DNA of 64,000 nucleotides from Candidatus Binatia bacterium. Its GTDB lineage: Bacteria; Desulfobacterota; Binatia; UBA9968; CAXXLF01. The notes under the pieces were generated by a model. The model worked only from the letters and a program-made list of their open reading frames with translations, searched no databases and was not told where the DNA came from. Shown here one piece after another: positions 37,855-49,672 of the stretch. Position 1 is the stretch's first letter. Every line of letters starts with the position of its first letter. The stretch spans positions 1,088,001 to 1,152,000 of the forward strand of contig CAXXLF010000001.1 of assembly GCA_963664015.2 (NCBI GenBank), read 5' to 3'. The position numbers and the translations under genes were made by a program.

Positions 37855-40095
37855 TCAAACCTGATTCAGACGATTCTCCAAGGCAGTTGCCCAAATAGTT
37901 TTAACTTCTTCCACCGCCAGGCCGATCATGGGATGTATGATAAATCGACTTCCACCTACCACACCGATGACATTCACGGGGACCCCCTCCTTGGCAGCGA
38001 GTTCCTGCAGGAATTTCAAGTGTTTTTCTTCGACAGAGACTACGATGCGTGATTGGGACTCTCCAAACAACAGGGCATCCATACGCATCATTTCATGGAG
38101 CTCGATCTTAACACCCGTGGCCATTTGTGGCCCGCTCACGCAGCACTCGACCAAGGCCACGGCCAATCCTCCTTCGGAAATATCATGCGCGGAGCGAAGG
38201 ATTCCCTTATCGATCGCCTTGAGGCAGCAGCGCTGAACCGCGCGCTCAGCCTTGAGATCGATCCAGGGCGGTGTCCCTTGTACCAGGCCATGAAAAACCT
38301 TGAGATATTCGCTTCCTCCCAGCTCCTCCCGAGATCGACCCAGGAGAACAACCAAATCGCCGTCGGTTTTGAACCAAGGGGTCATATGCCGCTCGAGCTT
38401 GGGCAGGACCCCCACCATGGCTATCGTCGGGGTCGGATAGATGGCAACTCCGTTAGTTTCATTATAGAAGCTCACGTTCCCACTCACAACTGGAACCTTG
38501 AGCGCCATACAACCGTCCCGCAGCCCCTGAATGGCCTGGAAAAATTGCCACATGACCTCCGGCCGTTCAGGATTTCCGAAATTGAGGCAGTCGCTCAATC
38601 CCAAGGGACGTGCCCCCACGCAGGCAAGGTTGCGAGCGGCCTCGGCCACGGCAATAACACCTCCAATATACGGATCCAGGTAGCAGTAACGACTGTTGCC
38701 ATCGACAGTGAGCGCGAGTCCCTTCTTGCTACCTTTGACTCTGAGCACGGCGGCATCGGAACCTGGAGCTACGACCGTATTGGCACGCACGAGATGATCG
38801 TATTGCCGGTAGACCCACTCCTTTGAGGCAAGGTTGGGGGACTTCAACAGACGCTTGAGCGTTACTCCACCATCTTTGGGTTCCTCGATCTTGCTCAGAT
38901 CCAAGCTTTGGATCTCATCCTGATTTTTTGGCCGCTCCGCCGGTCGGTTATATACCGGGGCTTCTGAGGTCAATGACGCAATCGGAATTGAAGCGACTTC
39001 CAAACCTCCAAATCGGGCACGGAGATTGGAATCTCGGGTCACCTTCCCAATGACAACTGCATCCAAGTCCCACCGGCTGAATATCCGTTTGACCTCCTCT
39101 TCACGACCTTTCTTGACAACCAGTAGCATCCTTTCTTGGGACTCGGAGAGCATGATCTCATATGGACTCATACCCCTCTCCCTCATAGGAATGCTCGAGA
39201 GATCCAGATCCACGCCCCGACCACCCCGAGCGGCCATCTCCGTGGCCGAACTGGTCAGTCCCGCGGCGCCCATATCCTGAATCCCCACCAGGCAGTCTGT
39301 CTTCATCACCTCCAAGCAAGCCTCCAACAGGAGTTTCTCCGTGAACGGGTCCCCGACTTGAACCGTAGGTCTTTTCTTCTCGGCCTCTTCTGAGAATTCG
39401 GCGGAGGCCATGGTGGCACCGTGAATGCCGTCCCGTCCGGTCTTGGATCCCACATACATCAAAGGATTGCCGATCCCCTTCGCCCTCCCCTTAAAGATAC
39501 CCTTTCTCTGAGCCACCCCAAGGGAAAAGGCATTGACCAGGATATTGGCGTTGTAGGACTCGTCGAAATAAACCTCGCCGCCAACCGTGGGAACACCAAT
39601 GCAGTTCCCGTATCCACCAATTCCTCCGACCACACCTCTGATTAGATAGGGGGTCCTCGGGTCGTCAATACTGCCGAACCGAAGGGAGTTCAGCAATGCG
39701 ATGGGACGAGCTCCCATTGTGAAGATATCGCGCAGAATTCCCCCGACTCCCGTGGCAGCACCTTGATAGGGCTCAATAAATGAAGGATGATTATGACTCT
39801 CCATCTTGAACACGACGACTAAGCCGTCACCGAGATCCATCACTCCGGCATTTTCCCCTGGCCCCTGAAGAACTGCTCGGCCGCAAGTGGGCAACTGTTT
39901 GAGAAAAGCTCTCGAGCTTTTATAGCTGCAATGTTCCGACCACATGACGGAAAAGATGCCCAGCTCCGTGTCGTTAGGTTCGCGGCCGAGGGTGTCTAAA
40001 ATCTTCTGGTACTCCTCTTCGTTCAAACCGTGAGCCGCAACTCGGTCGGGTAAGGGCATGTTGGGAGAGGGATCCTGCTCGCTTAGGCTGGCCAT
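37855..40095 (-). CDS. purL: FGAM synthase subunit PurL (small form)
   Basis: [37 protein letters not shown]; probable start at 40095. Confidence 0.98.
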   Translation of the reverse strand: MASLSEQDPSPNMPLPDRVAAHGLNEEEYQKILDTLGREPNDTELGIFSVMWSEHCSYKSSRAFLKQLPTCGRAVLQGPGENAGVMDLGDGLVVVFKMESHNHPSFIEPYQGAATGVGGILRDIFTMGARPIALLNSLRFGSIDDPRTPYLIRGVVGGIGGYGNCIGVPTVGGEVYFDESYNANILVNAFSLGVAQRKGIFKGRAKGIGNPLMYVGSKTGRDGIHGATMASAEFSEEAEKKRPTVQVGDPFTEKLLLEACLEVMKTDCLVGIQDMGAAGLTSSATEMAARGGRGVDLDLSSIPMRERGMSPYEIMLSESQERMLLVVKKGREEEVKRIFSRWDLDAVVIGKVTRDSNLRARFGGLEVASIPIASLTSEAPVYNRPAERPKNQDEIQSLDLSKIEEPKDGGVTLKRLLKSPNLASKEWVYRQYDHLVRANTVVAPGSDAAVLRVKGSKKGLALTVDGNSRYCYLDPYIGGVIAVAEAARNLACVGARPLGLSDCLNFGNPERPEVMWQFFQAIQGLRDGCMALKVPVVSGNVSFYNETNGVAIYPTPTIAMVGVLPKLERHMTPWFKTDGDLVVLLGRSREELGGSEYLKVFHGLVQGTPPWIDLKAERAVQRCCLKAIDKGILRSAHDISEGGLAVALVECCVSGPQMATGVKIELHEMMRMDALLFGESQSRIVVSVEEKHLKFLQELAAKEGVPVNVIGVVGGSRFIIHPMIGLAVEEVKTIWATALENRLNQV

Positions 40096-40097
40096 GC

Positions 40098-40799
40098 CTA
40101 GTTCTCCGTCCTGTTGCAAGTCGCTACAACCGAAGAAAAGATCTTCAAGCCATCCTCACTACCCAGGATGGCCTCCACCGCGTGTTCCGGGTGAGGCATG
40201 AGACCAAAGACGTTCTTTGCCTCGTTGCAAACTCCTGCGATGTGATCGACGGATCCATTGGGATTGGCCTCGGGTACCGCCTGACCGCCTGAACTCACAT
40301 AGCGCAACACGATCTGTCGATTGTTTCGCATTCGGTCCAGGGTCGGGCCGTCCGCATAGTAACAGCCGTCACCGTGCTTGATAGGAAGGCTGAGCAACTC
40401 CCCTTTCTTACCCAAACAGGTAAAGGGGGTGTCATTTTCTTCTAGGCTGAGGGAGACGTGGCGGCAGGTAAAGCGTAGCGAGGCGTTGCGCATCAAGGTC
40501 CCGGGTAAGAGTCCAGCTTCACAAAGGATCTGAAAACCGTTGCAGATGCCGAGAACCAGTCCCCCTTTTTGCGCGAACCCAATAACGCCTTGCATGATAG
40601 GGGAGCATCGAGCCATGGCACCGGGTCGTAAATAGTCTCCATAGGAGAAACCACCTGGCAGGACAAGACAATTCCAATCGCCGGACAGTATTTCCTTGTG
40701 CCAGAGAAACTCAACTTCCTGTCCCAGGACGTGTTTCAGACCATAGTATACGTCGTGGTCGTCACAGGAACCGGGAAAGACGATAACCCCCCAACGCAT
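40098..40799 (-). CDS. purQ: FGAM synthase glutaminase subunit
   Basis: [26 protein letters not shown]; start at 40799. Confidence 0.97.
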   Translation of the reverse strand: MRWGVIVFPGSCDDHDVYYGLKHVLGQEVEFLWHKEILSGDWNCLVLPGGFSYGDYLRPGAMARCSPIMQGVIGFAQKGGLVLGICNGFQILCEAGLLPGTLMRNASLRFTCRHVSLSLEENDTPFTCLGKKGELLSLPIKHGDGCYYADGPTLDRMRNNRQIVLRYVSSGGQAVPEANPNGSVDHIAGVCNEAKNVFGLMPHPEHAVEAILGSEDGLKIFSSVVATCNRTEN

Positions 40800-40813
40800 T
40801 AATAGACTCTCGC

Positions 40814-41059
40814 CTAGGATTCCAGGATTTCCAACCGGTAGTCTTCGATTACCGGATTGGCCAGCAGTCGCTCGCACATTTGACGGATTTGGAATTCGGC
40901 TTCGGCAGAAGTGGACGCTTCGATACTAAATTCAATCACTTTGCCCACACGAACATCGGTAACTCCAGGGTGCCCCAGGGCATGGATGGAGCGCTCAACG
41001 ACCTGCCCTTGGGGATCCAGGACCCCCTCCTTAGGCATTACATAAACCTTAGCTAGCAT
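40814..41059 (-). CDS. purS: FGAM synthase subunit PurS
   Basis: VLDPQG, VRVGK, LLANPVIEDY. Confidence 0.97.
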   Translation of the reverse strand: MLAKVYVMPKEGVLDPQGQVVERSIHALGHPGVTDVRVGKVIEFSIEASTSAEAEFQIRQMCERLLANPVIEDYRLEILES

Positions 41060-41074
41060 GGTTTCATTGAGCCT

Positions 41075-41779
41075 TCAGGCGCAGACTCGCCGGCAGACTT
41101 CCTGATAGGCTTCTTCAACCTTGCCAAGATCGCGGCGGAAACGGTCCTTATCCAGCTTTTCCAGCGATTCTTTCTCCCACAAGCGGCAGGTATCTGGACA
41201 AATCTCATCCCCGAGCAGGATTCTACCGTGATGACGTCCGAACTCAATTTTGAAATCGACCAAAATCAGATTACGCTGGTCAAAAAAGTCTTTGAGGAGG
41301 TCATTGATGCGGAAGCTGTGTCTTTCGATCTCATCCATCTCACTATCCGTGGCCATATCTAGGGCCCGGATATGGAACAAATTGATCATGGGATCCCCCA
41401 GAGGATCACTTTTATAGTAATGTTCCAATACGGGCCTGCTCAAGACCCCGCCTTCCTCCACACCAAATCTCTTGGCCAGGCTTCCCGCAATAACATTACG
41501 CATCACGACCTCAACGGGAATGATATCCAGTTTGCGCACGAGCATCTCTCGATCGTTCAGTCTGTTGATAAAATGGGTTGGCACCGCCTCGCCTTCCAAG
41601 AGCCGGAACAGGACCTCCGAGATCTCGTTGTTCATGATCCCTTTTCCTCTAATGGTCCCCTTCTTCTCTGCATTAAAGGCCGTGGCGTCGTCCTTGAAAT
41701 ACTGGATTACATAATCGGGGTCGTCTGTGGAATATAGGATTTTGGCTTTGCCTTCATAAATCGCATCACGTTTTTCCAT
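41075..41779 (-). CDS. purC: SAICAR synthetase
   Basis: YEGKAK, FKDDATAF, DFKIEFG, DEICPD, DKDRFR; start at 41779. Confidence 0.98.
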   Translation of the reverse strand: MEKRDAIYEGKAKILYSTDDPDYVIQYFKDDATAFNAEKKGTIRGKGIMNNEISEVLFRLLEGEAVPTHFINRLNDREMLVRKLDIIPVEVVMRNVIAGSLAKRFGVEEGGVLSRPVLEHYYKSDPLGDPMINLFHIRALDMATDSEMDEIERHSFRINDLLKDFFDQRNLILVDFKIEFGRHHGRILLGDEICPDTCRLWEKESLEKLDKDRFRRDLGKVEEAYQEVCRRVCA

Positions 41780-41876
41780 ACCGGCTCCTTTTACTTTTAC
41801 TGGAATCAACGGGCCCCGAATGTCCGGAAGGTTACCGAGCACCCCTTGCATCCAATTCTATAGCCTGGTCGAACGC

Positions 41877-43169
41877 CTAATGAAAGACTCGTTGAAAAAT
41901 CAAATTGACGTTTTTTAGGTCGTCCTTGAAACCCCAGATTTCTTCAATCTCTTTGGAGGAAAGGTAGCGGCGGGCCTCCGGGTCTTCCAGGATCTCGCGC
42001 TTGAAATCCCCACCTTCCTTCTGGACCCTCAGGGCATGGCGCTGGACGATTCGGTAAGCCCCGTCCCGGGACAATCCTTTGTCCACCAAGCGCAATAGAA
42101 CCTTTTCAGAGCAAATCACCCCACCGCTTTTATCAAGATTGCGCTTCATATTTTCCGGATAAACGCATAGCTCTCCCAGGACATAGGTGATGCGCCGCAG
42201 CATGAAATCCAGGGCTATGGTCGCATCGGGTCCGATCACCCGCTCCGCCGATGAATGGCTAATATCCCGTTCATGCCAGAGTGGAACGTTCTCTAGTGAA
42301 ACCAGCGCGTAGGAGCGAAGCAATCTCGCCAGACCGCTGATATTTTCCGATAAAATAGGATTTCTTTTATGGGGCATCGCCGATGAACCCATCTGCCCCC
42401 GTCCAAAGGGCTCTTCAGCTTCCTGAACTTCCGTACGCTGTAAATGTCGGACTTCCACGGCGAACTTTTCCAGAGAGCTGGCCAGAACCGCCAAGGTCGT
42501 AAAAAAGTACGCGTGGCGGTCACGCTGGATGATCTGGTTAGAAATCGGGTCGGGCTTGAGTCCACTCCGCTTACAGACATAGGCTTCCACCTTGGGGGAG
42601 ATATGGCCAAAGGTCCCTACGGCGCCGGATATCATTCCCACGCAGACATCGCGGGCAGCCGCCTCCAATCGATTCAGGTTGCGGCGCATCTCTTCGTACC
42701 AAAGCGCAAACTTCAGCCCAAAGGTGATAGGTTCGGCATGCATCCCATGGGTGCGCCCCATCATCGGGGTCCTCTTGTACTTAAAGGCCTGCCGACGTAG
42801 TACCTTCATGAGGTCTCGCACATCTTGGATCAAAAGGGCGGAAGCGTCCTTGAGTTGTAAGGCTAGGCCCGTATCCATAACGTCCGAAGAGGTGAGACCC
42901 AGGTGGAGGAACCGGGCGTCGTCTCCCACACATTCGGCCAAGGAGCGTAGGAAGGCGATCATCTCGTGGCGCACTTCCTCCTCGATCTTACCGATCCTTT
43001 TTATATTTATGCGGGCCTTCTTCTTGATGCGGTTGATCGCCGACTTCGGGACCTGGCCCATGCTTGCCAGCGCCTCTGCCGCGAGGACTTCGACCTCGAG
43101 CCATTTTTGAAACCGGTTTTGCTCGGACCAGACCTCTGCCATTTCCGTGCGACTGTATCGATCAATCAT
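41877..43169 (-). CDS. purB: Adenylosuccinate lyase
   Basis: MIDRY, GRTHGMHAEP, GSSAMPHKRNP, HERDISHS. Confidence 0.98.
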   Translation of the reverse strand: MIDRYSRTEMAEVWSEQNRFQKWLEVEVLAAEALASMGQVPKSAINRIKKKARINIKRIGKIEEEVRHEMIAFLRSLAECVGDDARFLHLGLTSSDVMDTGLALQLKDASALLIQDVRDLMKVLRRQAFKYKRTPMMGRTHGMHAEPITFGLKFALWYEEMRRNLNRLEAAARDVCVGMISGAVGTFGHISPKVEAYVCKRSGLKPDPISNQIIQRDRHAYFFTTLAVLASSLEKFAVEVRHLQRTEVQEAEEPFGRGQMGSSAMPHKRNPILSENISGLARLLRSYALVSLENVPLWHERDISHSSAERVIGPDATIALDFMLRRITYVLGELCVYPENMKRNLDKSGGVICSEKVLLRLVDKGLSRDGAYRIVQRHALRVQKEGGDFKREILEDPEARRYLSSKEIEEIWGFKDDLKNVNLIFQRVFH

Positions 43170-43261
43170 AGAATAAACACTCAGTGATTAGCTTCTCGCC
43201 TATCAATTCTCAGACAGAGCAACTCCAACCGTATGTATCGCGCCAAGACCCCCTCGAGTTA

Positions 43262-43450
43262 AAATCCTAAATCCGAAGCACGAAATCCTAAACAATTCCA
43301 AAACCTCAAATTATTAATGCTCAAAACATTTAACAAACGGCCTAGCCTTTCTCCCAATGACAACAATACGAGCTCTTAAGACCAACCGGCTGATGCTTTG
43401 TTTTTCATTTTGATTATTCGAAATTGTTTCGAATTTCGGATTTCGAGTTT
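43262..43450. repeat. Inverted 7-mer repeat arms between purB and dut
   Basis: Left AAATCCT-AAATCCG-AAGCACG-AAATCCT-AAACAAT; right ATTGTTT-CGAATTT-CGGATTT-CGAGTTT; AT-rich interior. Confidence 0.7.
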
Positions 43451-43506
43451 GTAATCTTCTTATACTTGGCGTCCATCGATGCTGGCGGTCAATAACCGTC
43501 TTCTTA

Positions 43507-43962
43507 CTATTTCTCGCCCGTATGCCCAAACCCTCCATCTTCGCGCTTCGACGAGGGGAGCTCTCCGACCTCTTTCCACTCAGCTCTGCAGACCCTCTGG
43601 AGAACCATCTGAGCGACTCTCTGACCCCGTTTGAGGACTACAGGATCCTTCCCCAAGTTGATAGCAATTAATTGGATCTCGCCACGGTAGTCGGAATCTA
43701 TGGTTCCGGGACTATTGACCAGGGTGACCCCATGTTCCAATGCCATCCCGCTCCTTGGACGGATTTGTGCCTCAAAACCATGGGGTAACGCAACCGCTAT
43801 CCCGGTTGGGATGAGAGCCCGTTCCAACGAACCCAAGACCATTTCTTGGTCTAGATCCGAATAGAGATCCATTCCGACGGCGCCCTCGGTCATGTACCGG
43901 GGCATCGGAAGGGAAGGCTCGCTCCGGCGCACCCACTTTATTTGAACTTCAACCTTCTCCAC
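43507..43962 (-). CDS. dut: dUTP diphosphatase
   Basis: [31 protein letters not shown]. Confidence 0.98.
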   Translation of the reverse strand: MEKVEVQIKWVRRSEPSLPMPRYMTEGAVGMDLYSDLDQEMVLGSLERALIPTGIAVALPHGFEAQIRPRSGMALEHGVTLVNSPGTIDSDYRGEIQLIAINLGKDPVVLKRGQRVAQMVLQRVCRAEWKEVGELPSSKREDGGFGHTGEK

Positions 43963-44002
43963 TAGAGCCGGTCCACAAGATTCTCACTACGGATTCCAAA
44001 GT

Positions 44003-45250
44003 TTAGATTCTGAGGTCTAAGGGGTTTTTTTCAAGATCGCCCAAAAGCGTGAGGGTCATCCCCTCCGGTTGAAGGATTTCACTCGCTAGTTTAATAACGT
44101 CTTCCTTTCTGACAGCCCGAACGCCAGCCGCAATTTCCTCTAGGGATACAGCCGCGTGAAAATAGATCTCGTTTCGGGCGGTATGGCTCATCCATGACCC
44201 GGAGGTTTCGAGGCCCAAAAGAGAGTTGCCAACTATCTGACTCTTAGCCCGGGCCAACTCCTCCTCATCAATCTTGCCACTGATCATGCTACGCATCTCC
44301 GCAGTGACCAAGTCCACCACCTCTTCCACCCATTCGTTTTTGGTCCCGGCATATATCCCCAGATACCCAACATCGCGGTAGGACGCTAAAAAAGAGTAAA
44401 TTGAATAGACCTTCCCCCTCTTCTCACGCACCTCCTGAAAGAGGCGCGAACTCATGCCTCCGCCCAGGAGCGTATTGAGCACATAGGCTGCATAGCGCTG
44501 TTGATGATTCTCCTCAATCCCCGCGCCCCCAAGGCACAGGTGAACCTGCTCCAGTGGTTTCGAATGCTGGAAGACTCCCTCGTGGAACTGGGCCGGGTTC
44601 GAGTCGGCGGTAAGGGGATGTTTTTTGAGCGTCGAAAAGTTATTTTGGACCCTTTCAACGATGTCGTCGTGGTGCAAATTACCAGCACCCGTGATAATGA
44701 TCCGCCCCGGCAAATAACGTTCCCGAACGAAATTGAGAAATTCCTCACGCTGGAAGCCGGAAACAGTAGCAACCTCACCGCAGATGGGTCGACCCAGGGG
44801 ATGCTCACCAAACAGATCTCGATTGAACAGCTCATGCACATAATCGTCGGGGGCGTCCTCGACCTGGCAGATTTCCTGAAGCACAACCGACCTCTCCCGA
44901 TTGATCTCCTCGACGTCGAAGGCCGAATGGAGGAATATATCCGCTAGCAGGTCCATGGCCATGGGAAGATTCTCATCCAATACCTTGGCATAGTAGCAGG
45001 TGTATTCCTTCCCGGTGAAGGCATTGAGTACCCCACCCACCGAGTCCATCTCCTGTGCGATTTGGGTTGCGGTGCGCCGCTCGGTGCCCTTGAATAACAG
45101 GTGCTCTATAAAATGAGAGATCCCACCCTGAGAGGGAGTCTCGTGGCGTGAACCGTTTTCCACCCAGATGCCCACAGTACAGGACCGTGTGTTAGACATC
45201 TCTTCGGTAAGAATACGAATACCGTTATCGATAATTGTTTTTGAATACAT
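44003..45250 (-). CDS. M16 family zinc peptidase
   Basis: HFIEH (HXXEH), NAFT, GGMSSRLFQEVRE; usual position between pnp and dut. Confidence 0.95.
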   Translation of the reverse strand: MYSKTIIDNGIRILTEEMSNTRSCTVGIWVENGSRHETPSQGGISHFIEHLLFKGTERRTATQIAQEMDSVGGVLNAFTGKEYTCYYAKVLDENLPMAMDLLADIFLHSAFDVEEINRERSVVLQEICQVEDAPDDYVHELFNRDLFGEHPLGRPICGEVATVSGFQREEFLNFVRERYLPGRIIITGAGNLHHDDIVERVQNNFSTLKKHPLTADSNPAQFHEGVFQHSKPLEQVHLCLGGAGIEENHQQRYAAYVLNTLLGGGMSSRLFQEVREKRGKVYSIYSFLASYRDVGYLGIYAGTKNEWVEEVVDLVTAEMRSMISGKIDEEELARAKSQIVGNSLLGLETSGSWMSHTARNEIYFHAAVSLEEIAAGVRAVRKEDVIKLASEILQPEGMTLTLLGDLEKNPLDLRI

Positions 45251-45350
45251 GACTAGAGGGATGGCACTTGGGACAAGCCCCGCGCCTCATGAACAGACCG
45301 GAACCGTCAATCTATTGACGCGACAAAATCTTCTCGTTGCACCACTCAGG

Positions 45351-47465
45351 TTAGGACGTGGACTCTTGGGGGGACTCGGATTCCTCAGCATCGGCGAGGG
45401 CCTCTTTTCGGCTGAGTTTAATTTTTCCTTGTTTATCAATATCTAGGACTTTGACCATTACCTCATCGCCTTCATGAACCACATCGGTCACCTGGCGGAT
45501 ACGCTCGGGGGCGAGTTGAGAGATGTGGACCAGCCCATCAGTTCCGGGAAGGATCTCCACAAAGGCCCCAAAGTCAACCACTCGCCGGACCGTCCCCTTG
45601 TAGATCTTGCCGATCACGGCCTCATCCGTAATGCGTTCAACCATCTCGACTGCCTTTTGAGAAGCCCGTTCGTCGCTCGAAGCAATGGTTACCGTCCCAT
45701 CATCCTGCACATCGATTTTCACACCTGTCGCCTCAACGATGGCACGGATGACCTTACCTCCCGGGCCGATAATCTCACGGATCTTTTCAGGCTTGACCTT
45801 GAGGGTAATAATTCGTGGGGCGTGATCGGAGACTTCCCCACGAGGCTCCCCTAGAGTCGCCTCCATGATCCCCAGGATGTGAAGTCTTCCCTCGCGCGCC
45901 TGGGAAAGGGCCTCGCCCATGATCTCGCGATTGACACCGCCGATCTTGATATCCATTTGGAGTGCAGTGATCCCTTCGCGGGATCCCGCTACTTTGAAAT
46001 CCATGTCTCCCAGGTGGTCCTCGTCTCCCAGGATATCCGAAAGGATGCGGACATCGTCTCCGTCCTTGATCAGACCCATGGCGATACCGGCAACGGGAGC
46101 CTTAATCGGCACCCCGGCATCCATGAGGGAGAGCGACCCGCCACACACCGTAGCCATAGAGGTAGAACCGTTGGACTCGAGGATCTCGGAGACAACGCGC
46201 ATGACATAGGGAAATTTATCTGCCGCAGGCAGCACTTGCAGCAGTGCGCGCTCCGCCAGGGCACCATGGCCGATCTCCCTGCGGCCTGGACCGCGGAGAA
46301 ATTTCACTTCGCCGGTACTGTATGGGGTGAAGTTATAATGGAGCATGAACCTTTTACGATATTCTCCGAGGAGCGCCTCGATCCTCTGCTCATCGGAGGA
46401 TGTCCCCAAGGTGGCTACAACCAAGGCCTGGGTTTCACCACGTGTAAAAATCGCCGAACCGTGGGTACGGGGAAGGACTCCGACCTCGCAAACTATCGGA
46501 CGTATGTCCTTGAGCCCCCTGCCATCAATGCGGAGGCGATCTTTGACAATCAGTTGGCGTACGTGATCGGTTTCGATCTCTTTAAATGCGCTCTTGATCT
46601 CCTTTTCACGGTCCGGAAAATTAACCAGAACTTGAGGCAGGATTTCCGCCTTGACCTCACTTAATCGGATGCTTCGATGACGCTTGTCGGGAACCCGAAT
46701 CGCCTCTTGGATCTTTGCCGTCGCCAGTTCGCGGACTTTCTTCAGTAACGAACCGTCTTTCTCCTCGCGGGTAACCACCCTTTTAGGTCTTCCGATCTCC
46801 CCACGGAACTCCTCTTGGAGTTGCAGGAGCGGTTGCAGGGCTTCATGCCCCTTGAAGAGGGCCTCCAGAATGGCGTCCTCCGGAACGATCTTGGCCCCGC
46901 CCTCGACCATAACGATGCTTTCACGGTTGCCCGCAATAAAGATGTTGAGGTCACTTTCCGGAAGCTGAGTTTGAGTCGGATTGAACACCCATTTTCCGTC
47001 GATTCTCCCCACTCGCACTCCTGCCAGGGGGCCGTTAAAAGGGATATCTGAAACCTCCAAAGCTAGCGAGGTGCCGAGCATAGCCACTACATCCGGATCA
47101 TTTTCCCTGTCAACGGAGAGCACCGTTGCGATGATTTGGGTTTCGCAATTGAATCCATCGGCAAACATGGGGCGGATGGAACGATCGATCGCCCTACAAG
47201 CCAGAATTTCTTTTTCCGACTGGCGCCCCTCTCTCTTAAAAAAGCCTCCGGGAATCTTTCCCGCGGCAAAGGTCCTTTCCTGGTAGTCCACGGTCAAAGG
47301 GAAGAAATCTATTCCTTCCCTGGCCTCATGGGACGCCACGGCGGTCACTAAAACCACCGTTTCGCCATAGGATACCAGTGCAGCACCATCGGCTTGTTTA
47401 GCCACTTTGCCGACTTCTACGGATAGAGGACGGCCATGATAGTCGAATTCTACTTTTTTAGACAT
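45351..47465 (-). CDS. pnp: Polynucleotide phosphorylase
   Basis: [33 protein letters not shown] and S1 domains. Confidence 0.99.
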   Translation of the reverse strand: MSKKVEFDYHGRPLSVEVGKVAKQADGAALVSYGETVVLVTAVASHEAREGIDFFPLTVDYQERTFAAGKIPGGFFKREGRQSEKEILACRAIDRSIRPMFADGFNCETQIIATVLSVDRENDPDVVAMLGTSLALEVSDIPFNGPLAGVRVGRIDGKWVFNPTQTQLPESDLNIFIAGNRESIVMVEGGAKIVPEDAILEALFKGHEALQPLLQLQEEFRGEIGRPKRVVTREEKDGSLLKKVRELATAKIQEAIRVPDKRHRSIRLSEVKAEILPQVLVNFPDREKEIKSAFKEIETDHVRQLIVKDRLRIDGRGLKDIRPIVCEVGVLPRTHGSAIFTRGETQALVVATLGTSSDEQRIEALLGEYRKRFMLHYNFTPYSTGEVKFLRGPGRREIGHGALAERALLQVLPAADKFPYVMRVVSEILESNGSTSMATVCGGSLSLMDAGVPIKAPVAGIAMGLIKDGDDVRILSDILGDEDHLGDMDFKVAGSREGITALQMDIKIGGVNREIMGEALSQAREGRLHILGIMEATLGEPRGEVSDHAPRIITLKVKPEKIREIIGPGGKVIRAIVEATGVKIDVQDDGTVTIASSDERASQKAVEMVERITDEAVIGKIYKGTVRRVVDFGAFVEILPGTDGLVHISQLAPERIRQVTDVVHEGDEVMVKVLDIDKQGKIKLSRKEALADAEESESPQESTS

Positions 47466-47519
47466 ACACAGGACCCTTGTAGTTTGAAGCGAGAATAAAG
47501 AAAACAGCCCGTAGGACCG

Positions 47520-47789
47520 CTACTTTCTGATTCCCAAACGCTGGATAAGGCTTTGATATCTCCCGAAGTCATTTTTCTTGAGATACTCGAGAAGCCTTCT
47601 CCTCTGCCCGACAAGCTTGAGGAGACCAAGACGGGAGTGGTGATCCTTAACGTGGATCTTGAAGTGATCCGTAAGGTATACGATTCGCTGGCTCAGTAGG
47701 GCGACCTGCACCTCAGCTGACCCGGTGTCGGAAGTGTGCAGTTTATACTGCTCAATGGTCTCTCGCTTTTGATTTTGAGCAATCGCCAT
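47520..47789 (-). CDS. rpsO: 30S ribosomal protein S15
   Basis: [25 protein letters not shown]. Confidence 0.99.
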   Translation of the reverse strand: MAIAQNQKRETIEQYKLHTSDTGSAEVQVALLSQRIVYLTDHFKIHVKDHHSRLGLLKLVGQRRRLLEYLKKNDFGRYQSLIQRLGIRK

Positions 47790-47916
47790 ATGCCCTCTGT
47801 TTACTTTCTCTGCCTTTGCTCCTTAATTTTTATATTTTCTAGCACAGTCCAACATTCATGTAAAGCGCAGTAATCCATGGAATTGAATTTCTTTGGGAGG
47901 CCAAAAACAATCTCCC

Positions 47917-48825
47917 TTAAGGTCTCGGTTGAGGGGCAAAAACACGCAGCAGCTGCCATCGACCTCCCCCTTCCCCATCGGCCCATTGTGCCAAGGCAAC
48001 CAGATTGCCCGAGCCATCCAAAAGGCCCGCCAGCCCCCCTCGGCTCTCCGAGTCACCCAGTTCCCCCAGGACATCTTGTTGACCGGCCTGGAGGCGTGTA
48101 ACCCCAGAAGGACTCAAAGAAAACCACGGTATAGCTCCTAAAGCCTCAACCAATGGAACCAGGGGAGCCTTTCCTTGATGCCACAGGGACTCGAGGTCCT
48201 CCAAAGGCACCGCTCGATCAATCCCCAAGTCTCCGCAGCTGAGGCGGCGTAAGCTCTTCAAATGCCCCTCGCATTCCAGGGAAGCACCCATATCGGCCGC
48301 CAGGGTACGGATGTAGGTGCCTTTAGAACAGCTCACCTCAAAGCCAAGTTCGTCCCGACCTAGCTTCCATAACCGGAGTTGATCAATTCTCACCTGGCGT
48401 TTGGCCCTCTCAACGCTCTTCCCCTGGCGGGCCAGTCGGTACAAGGGAACTCCCCCCTTTTTCAGCGCCGAAAACATGGGCGGGAGCTGCCACAGAAGAC
48501 CGGTAAAGGCCTCACGCAGTCGTTCCAGGTCAGGTGTGTCCAATGGGGGGACCTCGTGGACGCCCAGCACCTTGCCTGTGCAATCCTGAGTGTCAGTCTC
48601 TACCCCCAGTACGATGGTCCCCGTGTAGCTTTTAGATGCAGTCAAAAAGAGCTGGGCGATCTTTGTGCCTTCGTTGATGCCCACCAGCAGAAGACCTGAG
48701 GCGAAGGGATCCAGGCTACCAAGATGACCAACTTTTTTGGCACCGAGAACCGCCTTGATCCTTTGCACCACACGGCTAGAGGTTGGCCCCACCGGCTTGT
48801 CAATGAGGAGAATGCCACTTTCCAT
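47917..48825 (-). CDS. truB: tRNA pseudouridine(55) synthase
   Basis: IDKP.G.TS, GHLGSLDPFASG, PPMFSALK, CSKGTYIR. Confidence 0.97.
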   Translation of the reverse strand: MESGILLIDKPVGPTSSRVVQRIKAVLGAKKVGHLGSLDPFASGLLLVGINEGTKIAQLFLTASKSYTGTIVLGVETDTQDCTGKVLGVHEVPPLDTPDLERLREAFTGLLWQLPPMFSALKKGGVPLYRLARQGKSVERAKRQVRIDQLRLWKLGRDELGFEVSCSKGTYIRTLAADMGASLECEGHLKSLRRLSCGDLGIDRAVPLEDLESLWHQGKAPLVPLVEALGAIPWFSLSPSGVTRLQAGQQDVLGELGDSESRGGLAGLLDGSGNLVALAQWADGEGGGRWQLLRVFAPQPRP

Positions 48826-48850
48826 CGTTTAGATAATTGCCAATGCACTA

Positions 48851-48903
48851 TTTATGAAGCCTCCACGGGGCTACGCCCGTGGTCTTCTGCGAAGGCGGAG
48901 AAA
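48851..48903. repeat. Short palindromic REP/PATE-like element
   Basis: TTTATGAAGCCT-CCACGGG-GCTACG-CCCGTGG-TCTTCTGCGAAGGCGGA in the rbfA-truB spacer. Confidence 0.5.
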
Positions 48904-48962
48904 CTGGGGACCGAATCCTCCAAGTTGATGATGCCGCGCCTCCACCCTATCCATTGGGTTCA

Positions 48963-49310
48963 CTATTTGTCTTCGCTGACCTGCCGAAGAAGCGCTTCGA
49001 TCCGTTGGGCGGTTGCTTGGGTTTCGTCGTAAATAAATTCAAGGGTCGGTACGTAACGCAACTTGAGTTCCCTCCCCATTTTGGCTCGGATAAACCCCGT
49101 GGCACTTCGTAGGCCAGCCAGGACTTCCTCCTTTTCTTGCCCCTCCACGAGTAAACTGAAATAGACCCTGGCGTTCTTCAGGTCATTGCTAACTTGGGCA
49201 CCCGTGAGGGTCACAACACCGACCCGGGGGTCGTTAATTTCTCGCGGCAGCAGTTTAGAGATAAATTCTACAATTAGATCTCCAACCCGCTCTGAGCGTT
49301 TCGATTGCAT
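48963..49310 (-). CDS. rbfA: Ribosome-binding factor A
   Basis: RSERV, DPR, VS.DL..A.VY, LRYVP.L.F.YD. Confidence 0.97.
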   Translation of the reverse strand: MQSKRSERVGDLIVEFISKLLPREINDPRVGVVTLTGAQVSNDLKNARVYFSLLVEGQEKEEVLAGLRSATGFIRAKMGRELKLRYVPTLEFIYDETQATAQRIEALLRQVSEDK

Positions 49311-49360
49311 AGTTTCTTTTTTGAGAGGAAGGAATCGACCACCAATGCGGGGGGCAAGAA

Positions 49361-49648
49361 CTATACGTGAAAGATCTCGATCTCGGTTTCCCCTACCTGA
49401 CCCAACTTCAGCTGATCCACAAAATGAATAACCTTTTGCAGTGTGGCATCCACAACCTTTTGACTGCTACCGACCACCCCGAAGCCTAAGATTGCGCTAT
49501 GCCACAGGTCCTGATTCCCACATTCGGTTACGGAGATATGAAACCGGTGAATAACCCGGGCCTGGACCCTGCGAAGGACACTCCTCTTTCCCTTCAGAGA
49601 ATGATTCTCCGGCAGGATGAGATTGAGCTTCATCACTCCGACAACCAT
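49361..49648 (-). CDS. DUF503 / YlxP family protein
   Basis: HSLKGKRSV, FHISV.E...QDLW; lies between infB and rbfA. Confidence 0.9.
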   Translation of the reverse strand: MVVGVMKLNLILPENHSLKGKRSVLRRVQARVIHRFHISVTECGNQDLWHSAILGFGVVGSSQKVVDATLQKVIHFVDQLKLGQVGETEIEIFHV

Positions 49649-49672
49649 GTGGAAGAGGATTGGGAGTTGGCG

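Noticed and set aside
43262-43450. Possible CRISPR array
   Set aside because: Units are 7-mers without spacers, and there are no cas genes.
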